Assembly: GCA_964613095.1 (NCBI GenBank)
Contig: CAZTFX010000003.1
Location: forward strand, 13,538 to 77,537
DNA: 64,000 nucleotides
Direction: 5' to 3'
Source: an uncultured Muribaculaceae bacterium
Lineage (GTDB): Bacteria > Bacteroidota > Bacteroidia > Bacteroidales > Muribaculaceae
The notes beneath the pieces are model-generated. The model did no database searches. It was given only the letters and a program-made list of their open reading frames with translations, and had not been told where the DNA came from. Positions within the stretch are counted from its first letter, which is position 1. Each line of letters begins with the position of its first letter. Both the position numbers and the translations under genes were made by a program. Below are positions 30,405 through 41,035 of this stretch, piece by piece.

Positions 30405-30794
30405 TTACCTTATTCTTAGTCCCCTTCCACATCTGATTCTAGGTCTTACCGCATCCTGAACATGTTCAATAGTAAAGTTATTCGGTCCATCACCCGAAAT
30501 ACATATTACATCAATTTGTACTTCATGTGGTAATTTATAATATTTAATATAAGCATTTGCTACACTAAGAAGATGGGATTGTTTCTTTAAGTCTACAGCC
30601 ATTGCTGCAGCTAAAGTATTTATAGAACTTGTCTTTACTTCTACTATAATTATTTTATTATCTTTTTCTGCAATTATATCTACTTCAAGATGTTCCAATC
30701 GCCAATTTCTATCTCGAATTATATAACCTTTTTTTATCAAATATTCAGTAGCTGCATCCTCTCCAAGTTTTCCTAAAATATTATGTCTCGCCAT
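30405..30794 (-). CDS. YraN family (UPF0102) endonuclease-like protein
   Basis: GEDAATEYLIKKGYIIRDRNWR....EVDIIA....IIIVEVKT is the typical YraN core. ATG at 30794 (MARHN) is preferred. Confidence 0.75.
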   Translation of the reverse strand: MARHNILGKLGEDAATEYLIKKGYIIRDRNWRLEHLEVDIIAEKDNKIIIVEVKTSSINTLAAAMAVDLKKQSHLLSVANAYIKYYKLPHEVQIDVICISGDGPNNFTIEHVQDAVRPRIRCGRGLRIR

Positions 30795-30871
30795 ATCTGT
30801 ATTATTAGAGTACAAATTTAAAATTTTAATTTTGACAATTCAAAAAAATGACATAACTTTGCCTAAGAATT

Positions 30872-30944
30872 GGTGATATAGTGTAGTGGCCTAGCACGCC
30901 ACCCTCTCACGGTGGAGACTCGGGTTCGATTCCCGATTTCACTA
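30872..30944 (+). tRNA. tRNA-Glu (anticodon CUC)
   Basis: Hand-folded cloverleaf. Acceptor: ggtgata/tttcact. U8, D-arm gtgt-agtggccta-gcac (A14, G18G19, A21). Anticodon arm ccacc-cuCUCac-ggtgg (U33, A37). T-arm tcggg-ttcgatt-cccga. The acceptor stem has a G1-U72 wobble and a U6-U67 mismatch, and CCA is not encoded. Confidence 0.75.
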
Positions 30945-30950
30945 CAATAA

Positions 30951-30990
30951 AAGTAGATATTCTATATAAAGTTGAATATCTACTTTTTTA
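30951..30990 (+). terminator. intrinsic terminator after the tRNA
   Basis: aagtagatattc (30951-30962) / gaatatctactt (30974-30985) followed by ttttta. Confidence 0.75.
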
Positions 30991-31077
30991 TTTAAAATTT
31001 ATCGCTAATTTTAATTGCACGTTATTTGCGTCAATAATCAATTTGTTGTAATTTTGTAAAAATATATCAACACTATT

Positions 31078-34000
31078 ATGAACGACGGAATAAAAAAAGT
31101 ATTATTGCTTGGTTCCGGTGCTCTAAAAATAGGGCAAGCCGGTGAGTTTGACTACTCTGGTTCTCAAGCATTAAAGGCTCTTAGAGAAGAGGGCATTTCA
31201 ACAGTACTAATCAACCCTAATATTGCAACCATTCAGACTTCAGAAGGAGTTGCCGATCAGGTATATTTTTTACCTATTACACCTTATTTCGTAGAAGAAG
31301 TAATAAAAAAAGAACATCCTGATGGTATTTTACTTGCTTTTGGAGGTCAAACAGCATTGAATTGCGGAACAGAATTATATCTTAACGGAACATTAGAAAA
31401 ATATGGAGTAAAGGTACTTGGTACATCGGTAGAAGCAATAATGATTACCGAAGACCGAGACCTTTTCGTAAAGAAACTTAATGAAATAGAAGCAAAAACG
31501 CCGGTATCACAAGCAGTAGAAACAATGGAAGATGCTGTAGCTGTAGCGCACCGCATAGGATTCCCAATAATGGTTCGTTCTGCTTATGCTCTAGGAGGTC
31601 TTGGTTCCGGCATCTGTGCTAATGATGAAGAATTCCATACCCTTTGTGAAAGTGCATTAGCGCATTCAAAACAAATTTTAGTTGAAGAATCCCTAAAAGG
31701 ATGGAAAGAAATTGAATTTGAAGTAATTCGTGACAAAAACGACCATTGTTTTACTGTTGTACCAATGGAAAATTTTGATCCACTAGGAATACACACAGGA
31801 GAAAGTATTGTGGTAGCTCCTATTGTATCTTTAACAAAAGAACAAATTGATATGCTACAAGAAATAGCAATCAAAGTTGTTCGACACATTGGTATCGTTG
31901 GAGAATGTAACATTCAATATGCATTTAATGCACAAACCAATGATTATCGCATAATTGAAATCAATGCTCGACTAAGTCGCAGTTCAGCTCTTGCTTCAAA
32001 AGCTTCAGGTTACCCATTAGCTTTTGTTGCAGCAAAATTAGCACTTGGATATTCTCTTGATCAAATAGGGGAGATGGGTACACCAAACTCTGCCTATGTT
32101 GCTCCGTCTGTTGATTATATGATTGTAAAGATTCCACGTTGGGATCTTACTAAATTTGCAGGTGTAGATAGAGAAATCGGTTCTTCGATGAAATCTGTGG
32201 GTGAAATTATGTCTATTGGTAAGTCTTTTGAAGAAATTATTCAGAAAGGATTACGTATGATAGGACAAGGTATGCATGGATTTATTGGCAATCGTGATAT
32301 CGAATTTGAAGATCTTGACCACGCTTTATCTCATCCAACCGATTTACGTATTTTTGCGATTGCTCGAGCATTAGAACAAGGATATAGTGTGGAACGCATT
32401 GAAGAATTAACAAAAATTGATCCTTGGTTTTTAAGTCGCCTAAAAAATATTGTTGATTATGCCGAGAAACTAAAAACTTATGCTAAGATTGAAGATCTTC
32501 CTGCAGATGTTTTAGCTGAAGCAAAAAGAATTGGTTTCAGTGATTTCCAAATTGCTCGTTGCGTAGAAAATCCTGATAGTAACTTTGAAACTGATGTTTT
32601 ACGTGTACGTGAACACCGTAAAAGCAAAAATATAACCCCCAAAGTATGCCGAATAAACACTGTAGCATCAGAATATCCAGAATTAACAAACTATTTATAC
32701 GTTACATATGGTGCAGAAAATCATCAAATACCATATGACTATAATTCAGGTAAAAATATTGTTGTATTAGGTTCAGGAGCTTACCGTATTGGAAGTTCTG
32801 TAGAATTTGACTGGTGTTCTGTAAATGCTGTAAATACATGCCGTAAACTCGGGTACAAATCAATAATGATTAACTATAATCCGGAAACGGTCTCAACCGA
32901 CTACGACATGTGTGACCGTTTATACTTTGACGAATTAAGTTTTGAACGAGTTCTAGATATTATTGATTTGGAAACGCCACGTGGTGTTATCGTTTCAGTT
33001 GGAGGACAAATACCTAATAACCTTGCAATGAAACTATATCGCCGCCATGTACCTGTACTAGGCACATCTCCAATATCAATAGACCGTGCAGAAAACCGAC
33101 ATAAATTCTCTGCTATGCTTGATAATCTTGGCATAGATCAACCTAGATGGAAAGAATTAACAAGTTTCGACGATATTGACAAATTTGTTGAAGAAGTTGG
33201 ATTCCCTGTATTGATTCGCCCTTCATACGTGTTATCCGGAGCTGCGATGAATGTATGTTATGATTATGAATCAATGCATGAATTCTTAGGGGCTGCTGCA
33301 AAAGTTTCTAAAGAATTCCCGGTTGTAGTATCAGAGTTCCTTCAAAATGCAAAAGAAATTGAATTTGACGCAGTTGCTCGTAATGGCGAAATTATAGAAT
33401 ATGCAATTTCCGAACATATTGAATTTGCCGGAGTTCATTCAGGAGATGCAACACTTGTATTCCCTGCACAAAAAATCTATATGGAAACTGCACGCCGTAT
33501 AAAGAGAATCAGTAAAAAAATTGCCAAAGAGCTTAATATCTCAGGACCATTTAACATTCAATATTTAGCAAAAAATAACGATGTTAAAGTTATTGAATGT
33601 AACCTACGTGCTTCTCGTAGTTTCCCATTCGTTTCTAAAATATTGAAACGAAACTTTATTGAAACTGCAACCCGCATAATGCTTAATGAACCGGTAGAAA
33701 AGGCTGATTCTTCAACTTTTGATATAGATTACATAGGTATTAAAGCATCTCAATTCTCTTTTGCACGTCTACATAAAGCCGATCCTGTGTTAGGTGTAGA
33801 TATGTCATCTACAGGTGAAGTAGGGTGCTTGGGAGCCGATTTCGATGAAGCATTATTAAATGCAATGATATCAGTAGGGCACAGAGTTCCACAAAAGGAC
33901 AAAGCTGTATTGGTATCTTCCGGTGACGTAAGAGGTAAAGTTGAAATGTTGGATTGCTGTCGAATGTTAGCCGATAACGGATACAAAATGTATGCAACAG

Positions 34001-34296
34001 AAGGTACTGCAAAATTCCTTGAAAGTAATGGAGTAAAAGCAAGTCCTGTATGTTGGCCGGATGAAGAAGGCGAAAATATTCTTGACCTAATTGCGAACCA
34101 CACTATTGATATGGTGATAAATATACCTAAGAACCATAGTAAGAGAGAGTTAACAAATGGTTATAAAATTCGTCGTTCCGCAATAGATCATAACATACCA
34201 TTATTGACAAATGCACGACTTGCAGCAGCTTATATTAAAGCATTCACACACAAGCCAATAAATGACATCAATATAGCTGCATGGAGTGAATACTAA
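31078..34296 (+). CDS. carB: carbamoyl-phosphate synthase large subunit
   Basis: 1072 aa with duplicated ATP-grasp halves (..GSGALKIGQAGEFDYSGSQA.. and ..GSGAYRIGSSVEFDWC..) and a C-terminal MGS-like domain. Confidence 0.97.
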   Translation: MNDGIKKVLLLGSGALKIGQAGEFDYSGSQALKALREEGISTVLINPNIATIQTSEGVADQVYFLPITPYFVEEVIKKEHPDGILLAFGGQTALNCGTELYLNGTLEKYGVKVLGTSVEAIMITEDRDLFVKKLNEIEAKTPVSQAVETMEDAVAVAHRIGFPIMVRSAYALGGLGSGICANDEEFHTLCESALAHSKQILVEESLKGWKEIEFEVIRDKNDHCFTVVPMENFDPLGIHTGESIVVAPIVSLTKEQIDMLQEIAIKVVRHIGIVGECNIQYAFNAQTNDYRIIEINARLSRSSALASKASGYPLAFVAAKLALGYSLDQIGEMGTPNSAYVAPSVDYMIVKIPRWDLTKFAGVDREIGSSMKSVGEIMSIGKSFEEIIQKGLRMIGQGMHGFIGNRDIEFEDLDHALSHPTDLRIFAIARALEQGYSVERIEELTKIDPWFLSRLKNIVDYAEKLKTYAKIEDLPADVLAEAKRIGFSDFQIARCVENPDSNFETDVLRVREHRKSKNITPKVCRINTVASEYPELTNYLYVTYGAENHQIPYDYNSGKNIVVLGSGAYRIGSSVEFDWCSVNAVNTCRKLGYKSIMINYNPETVSTDYDMCDRLYFDELSFERVLDIIDLETPRGVIVSVGGQIPNNLAMKLYRRHVPVLGTSPISIDRAENRHKFSAMLDNLGIDQPRWKELTSFDDIDKFVEEVGFPVLIRPSYVLSGAAMNVCYDYESMHEFLGAAAKVSKEFPVVVSEFLQNAKEIEFDAVARNGEIIEYAISEHIEFAGVHSGDATLVFPAQKIYMETARRIKRISKKIAKELNISGPFNIQYLAKNNDVKVIECNLRASRSFPFVSKILKRNFIETATRIMLNEPVEKADSSTFDIDYIGIKASQFSFARLHKADPVLGVDMSSTGEVGCLGADFDEALLNAMISVGHRVPQKDKAVLVSSGDVRGKVEMLDCCRMLADNGYKMYATEGTAKFLESNGVKASPVCWPDEEGENILDLIANHTIDMVINIPKNHSKRELTNGYKIRRSAIDHNIPLLTNARLAAAYIKAFTHKPINDINIAAWSEY

Positions 34297-34622
34297 TCAT
34301 GATTAAATTTAAAAACTGATTATAATTTTTGAAATTACAAAAAAAGCGAAACAAAAAATGTTACGCTTTTTTTATATCCAAAGGATAACAATCTATTTCT
34401 AGTAATACAATATTAAGAAAACCTAAGACTAATTAACAATCACAACAGCTTCCAGACTAGCATCTTAAAGATTTTTCACCAATTTAACAAGCACAAAAGA
34501 GGAGTACTATAATCTGCATTACATCAAAATTCTATTTAACATAATGTAAATTATAGTACAAATAACACAACTCGAGTAATATAATTTTATGGCTTGGGAT
34601 TTATTATTTCAGGAAAAGTGAT

Positions 34623-34630
34623 TATATTTG
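34623..34630 (+). promoter_or_regulatory. candidate -7 promoter box (TAnnTTTG)
   Basis: TATATTTG lies 21 nt upstream of ATG 34652. Confidence 0.35.
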
Positions 34631-34651
34631 TAAAAACAATTTTAAACTGAA

Positions 34652-35869
34652 ATGAATCTTGAAGAATTAAATTCTTTACGTAATAATCCTAAATTTCAAG
34701 AATTTATAAAAGAGAATATCAATTCAGATACAAATAAATTACGTTTAAAGAAATTCAAAGAATGTTCTTTTGACGTAAAATTTGCCATACTGCAAATCGA
34801 ATGTAAAAATCGAATAAAGAAAAAACTACCTGAAATATATCAATCAAATTCTTTCTTTTTTCCAAATATTCTGTCAACAGAACAATGTACGGCACAAGAA
34901 ATCGCACAGTTTCATGCAAAATTACTTTCCGCTCAAGATACCGTACTTGATATGACTGCCGGTCTGTGTATTGATACATATTATATTTCAAAATCAGTAA
35001 AACATGTTACTGCATTTGAAATTAATAATGAAACGGCTCTTATTGCTGATTTTAATATGAAATATCATACAGATAACGTAATTGTGCTATGCCAAGATTC
35101 TACAGAATTTATACGAACTTGTTCACAACAATATGATGTAATTTTCATAGATCCTGCACGACGCGATAATAACAACAAACGTTTATTTGGATTATCTGAC
35201 TGCAAACCTAACATCATAGAACAAATTCCGATATTAAAATCTATCGGTAAAACACTATATATCAAAGCCTCTCCTATGATTGATATTTCTCAATCGATAA
35301 AAGATTTAAATAACTGTGTTTCAGATATATGGATTATAGGAATAAATAATGAATGTAAAGAATTATTATTTAAAGTTGATTTAAAGTGTAATGATACGGT
35401 TAATGCTAATATACATACAATAAACTTTGACGATTCCGAGATTCAAACATTAACCAAATCGATATCAACTTCACGCCAAAAACATAATCATACACTTTAT
35501 AATAACGAATGCTATTTATATGAGCCGAATCGATGTATTATGAAAGCTCAAATCTTTGACACTCTTGAAAATACATATCAAGTCTCACAGATTCAAAAGA
35601 ATTCTCATCTATTCATAAGCAATGAATATATACCAAAATTTCCCGGTAGAAAATTTCAGATAATAGACATTATACCTTTTAAAAATAACGAAATAAAAAA
35701 CATAAATAAAAAACACCCACAAATCAACGTGAGTGTTAGAAATTTTAAATTATCCGCCGATGAATTGAAAAAACGGCTAAAAGTAAAGGATGGCGGAAAT
35801 CAATACTTATTTGGAACAACTGATAACAATGATAACGCAATATTAATCATCTGTGATAAAATATCTTAA
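34652..35869 (+). CDS. class I SAM-dependent methyltransferase with a THUMP-like C-terminal region
   Basis: VLDMTAGLCIDT (motif I-like) and DVIFIDPARRD (RsmD/TGS-like motif IV); 405 aa. Confidence 0.55.
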   Translation: MNLEELNSLRNNPKFQEFIKENINSDTNKLRLKKFKECSFDVKFAILQIECKNRIKKKLPEIYQSNSFFFPNILSTEQCTAQEIAQFHAKLLSAQDTVLDMTAGLCIDTYYISKSVKHVTAFEINNETALIADFNMKYHTDNVIVLCQDSTEFIRTCSQQYDVIFIDPARRDNNNKRLFGLSDCKPNIIEQIPILKSIGKTLYIKASPMIDISQSIKDLNNCVSDIWIIGINNECKELLFKVDLKCNDTVNANIHTINFDDSEIQTLTKSISTSRQKHNHTLYNNECYLYEPNRCIMKAQIFDTLENTYQVSQIQKNSHLFISNEYIPKFPGRKFQIIDIIPFKNNEIKNINKKHPQINVSVRNFKLSADELKKRLKVKDGGNQYLFGTTDNNDNAILIICDKIS

Positions 35870-35886
35870 CCATTTAAATTTGAAAA

Positions 35887-36339
35887 CTACCTTTTCATCA
35901 TTCTATCCAACATTCGTTTATCTTCTCGTTCTTTTATTGATTGACGTTTATCATAAATCTTTTTACCTTTAGCTATCGCAATAACTAATTTTGCCAAACC
36001 TTTCTCACTAATGAACAGTTTTAACGGAACAATAGAAAAGCCTGCCAAATCATTACTTTTTTCTAATTTATCAATCTCTTTTCTATTTAATAACAGTTTT
36101 CTATCACGTCGTGCGACATGATTATTATAACTACCATAAAAATATTCAGCAATATACATGTTTTTTACCCAAACTTCACCATTATTGATAAAGCAAAAGG
36201 TGTCTGTCAATCCGGCTTTCCCTTGACGAATCGACTTAATTTCTGTACCGGTTAAAACTAATCCGGCTGTAAACGTTTCTATTATTTCATAATCAAACTT
36301 TGCTCTTCTGTTTTTTATATTTACTTGACTATTTGCCAT
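35887..36339 (-). CDS. smpB: SsrA-binding protein
   Basis: 150 aa with [17 protein letters not shown]..., typical of SmpB. Confidence 0.93.
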   Translation of the reverse strand: MANSQVNIKNRRAKFDYEIIETFTAGLVLTGTEIKSIRQGKAGLTDTFCFINNGEVWVKNMYIAEYFYGSYNNHVARRDRKLLLNRKEIDKLEKSNDLAGFSIVPLKLFISEKGLAKLVIAIAKGKKIYDKRQSIKEREDKRMLDRMMKR

Positions 36340-36352
36340 AACAATTTTTTTT

Positions 36353-36904
36353 TTAATGATTAGGAATCAATAAATCCAAAATAAATTTCATTCCATTAGG
36401 TGTAATCAACAACAATAATGACATAATGGCAATAAAACCTTTTACTCGCGTGTCAGGAACATTTAAAAATCCAAGTCCTCTATACACAACATAAATAATA
36501 TATAAAGGGAAAATTTCAAAAAATGGAAATCCCGGCATCAAATTACTTAGTATATTAAAAACCACCAATATAGTAAGATTAAACACTATAAAATTGTTTA
36601 TTGTATTTACTTCCGTTTTTGTCTTAAATAAATCAGGATAAAACCCGGTCACCATATATGAAATTGCAAAAAATGAAATAAAAAATTTCACAAAATCAAT
36701 CATAGCATCTATTATCACATTTTGTAGTGGAATCTCTACATATCCCAATATATATGGAATAAATGATGATAATGATAATACACCAAGACATGGATAAAAC
36801 AACTTCCCAAGTAATAAGTTATTTGGTATTGTATATTTCCCAATATCTTTCCAGCCTTCCGCCGGCGAAATCAACAATAAAGTGATATATTTTAGAAAAT
36901 TCAT
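36353..36904 (-). CDS. Yip1/DUF1282-like integral membrane protein
   Basis: 183 aa with about 5 TM segments. The N-terminal ..[12 protein letters not shown].. resembles Yip1-domain proteins. Confidence 0.5.
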   Translation of the reverse strand: MNFLKYITLLLISPAEGWKDIGKYTIPNNLLLGKLFYPCLGVLSLSSFIPYILGYVEIPLQNVIIDAMIDFVKFFISFFAISYMVTGFYPDLFKTKTEVNTINNFIVFNLTILVVFNILSNLMPGFPFFEIFPLYIIYVVYRGLGFLNVPDTRVKGFIAIMSLLLLITPNGMKFILDLLIPNH

Positions 36905-37029
36905 TTTAATTTATTTTGGAATACAAAATTAATCAAAAATCGGATTTATACATAATAGAATTATCTTTGGTGTTGTAAAGTCTCAAAAAAATCTCTAAAT
37001 TTGTAACATAATCAACAAAATGTTAAGAC

Positions 37030-37866
37030 GTGAAGAAACTATTTACACGAACAATAACAGGAAGCGCATATGTTGCACTTATTGCTATATCACTACTAAT
37101 AGAGTCCCCTATCCTATTTATTATATTATTTTCTTTATTTACCATATTAGGAATCTGGGAATTTCAAACACTCACTAATAAAGGAGATAAGCATAAAGTC
37201 AGTATAATTATAGATATATTGGGAGGGATTATTATGTTTTTATCATTTTATTGGAAAACAAATTATCCCGAAGTAGGTATGGAAATTTTAACACCTTATC
37301 TTTTATATTTAGTTATTCGAAACATATATCATTTATATACAAAATCAACTAATATATTGGATAATTGGGCATATTCTTTTATGGGGCAACTTTTTATTGC
37401 ACTTCCTCTATCGTTATTGAATATCATATATACCAATTATAATCCTCAAATGCTTTTAGCCATTTTTATATTTATTTGGTTAAATGACACAGGAGCTTTT
37501 TGTGTAGGTTCTTCAATTGGAAAAAATAGATTATTTGAACGTATCTCACCTAAAAAATCATGGGAGGGTTTTTGGGGTGGATTATCACTTTGTGTTTTAT
37601 CATCTATCGGATTTTACTATTACGGAAATACGTTTTTTAATGGTCCGAGCTTAGCCGTATGGATTGGTTTAAGTTCTGTTGTTTCTATTTTTTCAACATG
37701 GGGGGATTTGTGTGAGTCATTAATTAAACGTTCATTGGGAGTAAAGGATTCCGGTAATATTCTACCCGGTCATGGAGGTATTCTTGATCGCATTGACAGC
37801 CTGTTATTGGTATCTCCAACTGTTTTAATTTATTTAAGTATAATCAGCTTTATAGCATTTAAATAA
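37030..37866 (+). CDS. cdsA: phosphatidate cytidylyltransferase
   Basis: C-terminal signature SLIKRSLGVKDSGNILPGHGGILDRIDS in a multi-TM protein. GTG start at 37030. Confidence 0.88.
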   Translation: MKKLFTRTITGSAYVALIAISLLIESPILFIILFSLFTILGIWEFQTLTNKGDKHKVSIIIDILGGIIMFLSFYWKTNYPEVGMEILTPYLLYLVIRNIYHLYTKSTNILDNWAYSFMGQLFIALPLSLLNIIYTNYNPQMLLAIFIFIWLNDTGAFCVGSSIGKNRLFERISPKKSWEGFWGGLSLCVLSSIGFYYYGNTFFNGPSLAVWIGLSSVVSIFSTWGDLCESLIKRSLGVKDSGNILPGHGGILDRIDSLLLVSPTVLIYLSIISFIAFK

Positions 37867-37876
37867 TAAACTAAAT

Positions 37877-39043
37877 ATGAGTAATCAACGATATGATTTA
37901 AGAGGTGTTTCAGCTTCTAAAGAAGATGTACATAATGCAATCAAAAATGTAGATAAAGGACTTTATCCCAAAGCATTTTGTAAAATAATACCGGATGTAC
38001 TTGGGGGTGATCCCGAATATTGTAATATTATGCATGCAGATGGAGCCGGCACAAAATCCTCTTTAGCATATCTATATTGGAAAGAGACTGGTGACATGAG
38101 TGTATGGAAAGGTATTGCACAAGATGCACTTATCATGAATATTGATGATTTATTGTGTGTTGGGGCTACCGACAATATCTTATTATCTTCAACCATAGGA
38201 CGAAACAAATTGCTTATTCCCGGTGAAGTTATATCTGCTATAATTAATGGTACAGAAGACTTACTCAACGAGCTACGTGAATTGGGTGTAAATATTATAT
38301 CCACAGGAGGAGAAACCGCTGATGTGGGAGACTTGGTTCGTACAATAATCGTAGATAGTACTGTTACTTGTCGCATGAAAAGAAGCGATGTTATTGATAA
38401 TGCCAATATTAAAGCCGGTGATGTTATTGTAGGTCTTTCTTCTTCAGGCAAAGCTACATACGAAAAAGAATATAATGGAGGAATGGGTAGTAATGGATTA
38501 ACTTCGGCTCGTCACGATGTTTTTGCAAAATATTTAGCTGAAAAATATCCTGAAAGCTACGATAAAAATGTACCTAACGAACTAATCTATTCAGGTAACA
38601 TAAAATTGACAGATAGCGTAGAAGGTGTTGATCTTGACGCAGGTAAACTTGTTCTATCTCCTACTCGCACATATGCTCCGGTTATCAAAAAACTGTTGGA
38701 CGTAATGCGAGAAAAAATTCATGGTATGGTTCACTGCTCCGGAGGTGCCCAAACAAAGATTTTACATTTCATTCAAAACAAACATGTAATTAAGGACAAT
38801 TTATTCCCAACGCCCCCCCTATTCAAATTAATTCAAGAACAATCAGGGACAGATTGGAAAGAAATGTACAAAGTCTTTAATATGGGACATCGCATGGAAA
38901 TATATCTATCTCCGGAAAATGCAAAAGATGTAATTAAAATTGCACAATCGTTTGGAATCGAGGCACAAGTAGTAGGTAGAGTTGAAGATTCTAATGAAAC
39001 TAAATTGACAATTATTTCAGAATACGGAAAATTCGAATATTAA
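37877..39043 (+). CDS. AIR synthase-related protein (PurM-like, Bacteroidetes long form)
   Basis: 388 aa with RYDLRGVSASKEDVH, HADGAGTK and SGGAQTK motifs. Confidence 0.75.
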   Translation: MSNQRYDLRGVSASKEDVHNAIKNVDKGLYPKAFCKIIPDVLGGDPEYCNIMHADGAGTKSSLAYLYWKETGDMSVWKGIAQDALIMNIDDLLCVGATDNILLSSTIGRNKLLIPGEVISAIINGTEDLLNELRELGVNIISTGGETADVGDLVRTIIVDSTVTCRMKRSDVIDNANIKAGDVIVGLSSSGKATYEKEYNGGMGSNGLTSARHDVFAKYLAEKYPESYDKNVPNELIYSGNIKLTDSVEGVDLDAGKLVLSPTRTYAPVIKKLLDVMREKIHGMVHCSGGAQTKILHFIQNKHVIKDNLFPTPPLFKLIQEQSGTDWKEMYKVFNMGHRMEIYLSPENAKDVIKIAQSFGIEAQVVGRVEDSNETKLTIISEYGKFEY

Positions 39044-39051
39044 ATATATTT

Positions 39052-40428
39052 ATGCGACGGTTCCTTAATCCGGTAATTATATGTATTTCTTTCTTTTTAA
39101 TCCAATTTGTATCATGTAAAAGCGATACAAATAGTAATAATATTACATATGATTTACCGGATACCTTAAGAATAGGAACCATTTATAGCCCAACCACTTT
39201 TTTTACATTTCGTGGAGATACTCTTGGATATGAATATGAACGTATTCTCAATTTTACACGCAACAAAAAGATTCATGCTGAATTTATCATATTTGACAAT
39301 TTAACAGATATGATAGCAGTACTCGATTCCGGTAAAATTGATGTAATAGCTTACGAAGTTCCCATTATTAATGAATATAAGGAGCAAGTTTTACATTGTG
39401 GAACAGAAAATATAACTAATCAAGTACTGGTTCAGCTAAAATCTAAAGATAAGCTTTCAAATGTTACACAATTAATTGGAAAAGATATATACATTGAAAA
39501 AGGTTCTAAATATGAAATACGACTTCTAAATCTGGACAATGAGATAGGTGGAGGTATTAAGATTCATAGTATTGACCCGGATTCTATAATTTCCGAAGAT
39601 TTAATAAAACTTGTATCCGATGGCAAAATACCATATACAATAATTGATAGTGACATTGCAAAACTTAATAAAACATATTTTAAAAATATTGATGTCAGCC
39701 TACCTATTAGTTTCGAGCAACGTGCTTCATGGGCTGTAAATAAAAACAATCAAGCGTTAGCCGATAGTATTAATACTTGGTCTAAACAAATAACTAGCAA
39801 AAACGAATATAAACAATTACTAAGACGTTATTTTGAACTAAGTAAAAATGAAGATATAGTAACACGCCCCAAAATAGATTTAAAGAACGGTACTATTTCT
39901 GAATACGACCATCTTTTCAAAAAGTATGCAAAAGAAATTAATTGGGATTGGAAATTATTAGCAGCTCAAGCTTGGAGTGAGTCTCATTTTGACACCACAG
40001 CCGTATCATGGGCTGGAGCAAAAGGACTTATGCAACTTATGCCAAGCACAGCACGTGCTTATGGATTGGAAATAGACAACATCATAAATCCCGAACTAAA
40101 TATTAAGGCTGCAGTTGCCAATATAAAAGATTTGGATTTAATTTTCTCCTCAAGAGTTCCTGATAATAAAGAACGTATAAAATTTATTATCGCAGCATAT
40201 AATTCAGGAGCTGGACATATACTTGATGCTATTGCTTTAGCTAAAAAACATGGAAAAGATCCTCAAAAATGGGACAATAACGTAAGTGTAACATTAAAAT
40301 GGAAATCTAATCCTGAATATTTTAATGATGAAGTCTGTAAATCAGGATATTTCAGAGGAAGCCAAACCATCGCATATGTAAATAAAGTAGAAGATTGTTA
40401 CAATTATTTTTCTTCTAAAATTAAATAA
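39052..40428 (+). CDS. MltF-like lytic transglycosylase (solute-binding domain + SLT domain)
   Basis: N-terminal SBP_bac_3-like region and a C-terminal SLT catalytic motif AQAWSESHFD...AKGLMQLMP...AYNSG. Confidence 0.8.
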   Translation: MRRFLNPVIICISFFLIQFVSCKSDTNSNNITYDLPDTLRIGTIYSPTTFFTFRGDTLGYEYERILNFTRNKKIHAEFIIFDNLTDMIAVLDSGKIDVIAYEVPIINEYKEQVLHCGTENITNQVLVQLKSKDKLSNVTQLIGKDIYIEKGSKYEIRLLNLDNEIGGGIKIHSIDPDSIISEDLIKLVSDGKIPYTIIDSDIAKLNKTYFKNIDVSLPISFEQRASWAVNKNNQALADSINTWSKQITSKNEYKQLLRRYFELSKNEDIVTRPKIDLKNGTISEYDHLFKKYAKEINWDWKLLAAQAWSESHFDTTAVSWAGAKGLMQLMPSTARAYGLEIDNIINPELNIKAAVANIKDLDLIFSSRVPDNKERIKFIIAAYNSGAGHILDAIALAKKHGKDPQKWDNNVSVTLKWKSNPEYFNDEVCKSGYFRGSQTIAYVNKVEDCYNYFSSKIK

Positions 40429-40447
40429 CCCTTTAAATTAATAGATT

Positions 40448-40999
40448 ATGAAAAAGAAATTCTTAACAGTAGGTCTCATACTTGCAATAACATCCTCAAT
40501 GATGTTTACGTCATGTATTGGAAACTTTGCTTTGACCAACAAAGTTTTATCTTGGAATAAACAAGTCGGTAATAAATTTGTAAACACTCTTATTTTTGCG
40601 GCATTCTGGCCTATCCCTGTTTATCCCTTAACAATTATAGCTGACGCACTTGTTATAAATAGTATAGAATTTTGGTCTGGAGCAAATCCTATTGCAGAAA
40701 ATAAGTCATTTCTAATTGATGGAGAAGACGCAAAATATCAAATAGAACAAACAAAACATGGTTATACAATTACAAATCTAGCAGACAACACCGTAACAAC
40801 TTTCACATTCGATTCTATCGAAAATTCATGGTCTCTTGAAATTGGCGGAGAATCATATAAACTACTTCAATTTGTTGATGATAATCATGTAAAAATGGCT
40901 ACACCGAATGATAGTTATACTATTGTTGAGCTTTCTAATGAAGGTGTTTTAGCCTATCAAGAAATAGTTTATGGTAATAATCTCGCATTAGCAAAATAA
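40448..40999 (+). CDS. DUF3332-like lipoprotein
   Basis: Lipobox ..MMFTSC, then GNFALTNKVLSWNKQV...INSIEFWSG as I recall for DUF3332. Confidence 0.55.
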   Translation: MKKKFLTVGLILAITSSMMFTSCIGNFALTNKVLSWNKQVGNKFVNTLIFAAFWPIPVYPLTIIADALVINSIEFWSGANPIAENKSFLIDGEDAKYQIEQTKHGYTITNLADNTVTTFTFDSIENSWSLEIGGESYKLLQFVDDNHVKMATPNDSYTIVELSNEGVLAYQEIVYGNNLALAK

Positions 41000-41035
41000 T
41001 AGTTTTCTATAAATGATATTGGCGATATAACCAAC

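Noticed and set aside
26296-30944. The integrase plus the downstream tRNA-Glu as borders of an integrated genomic island
   Set aside because: The intervening genes (fur-family, purA, DUF1015, yraN) are core housekeeping genes. I could not find a tRNA 3'-end direct repeat, and the integrase is 3.6 kb from the tRNA and faces the wrong way for a classic tRNA-integrated element.
31347-34103. Multiple 60-117 aa minus-strand ORFs inside carB, with similar antisense ORFs inside dnaE, gyrA, purM-like and clp
   Set aside because: They are all embedded antisense in long, strongly supported housekeeping genes and have no independent evidence.
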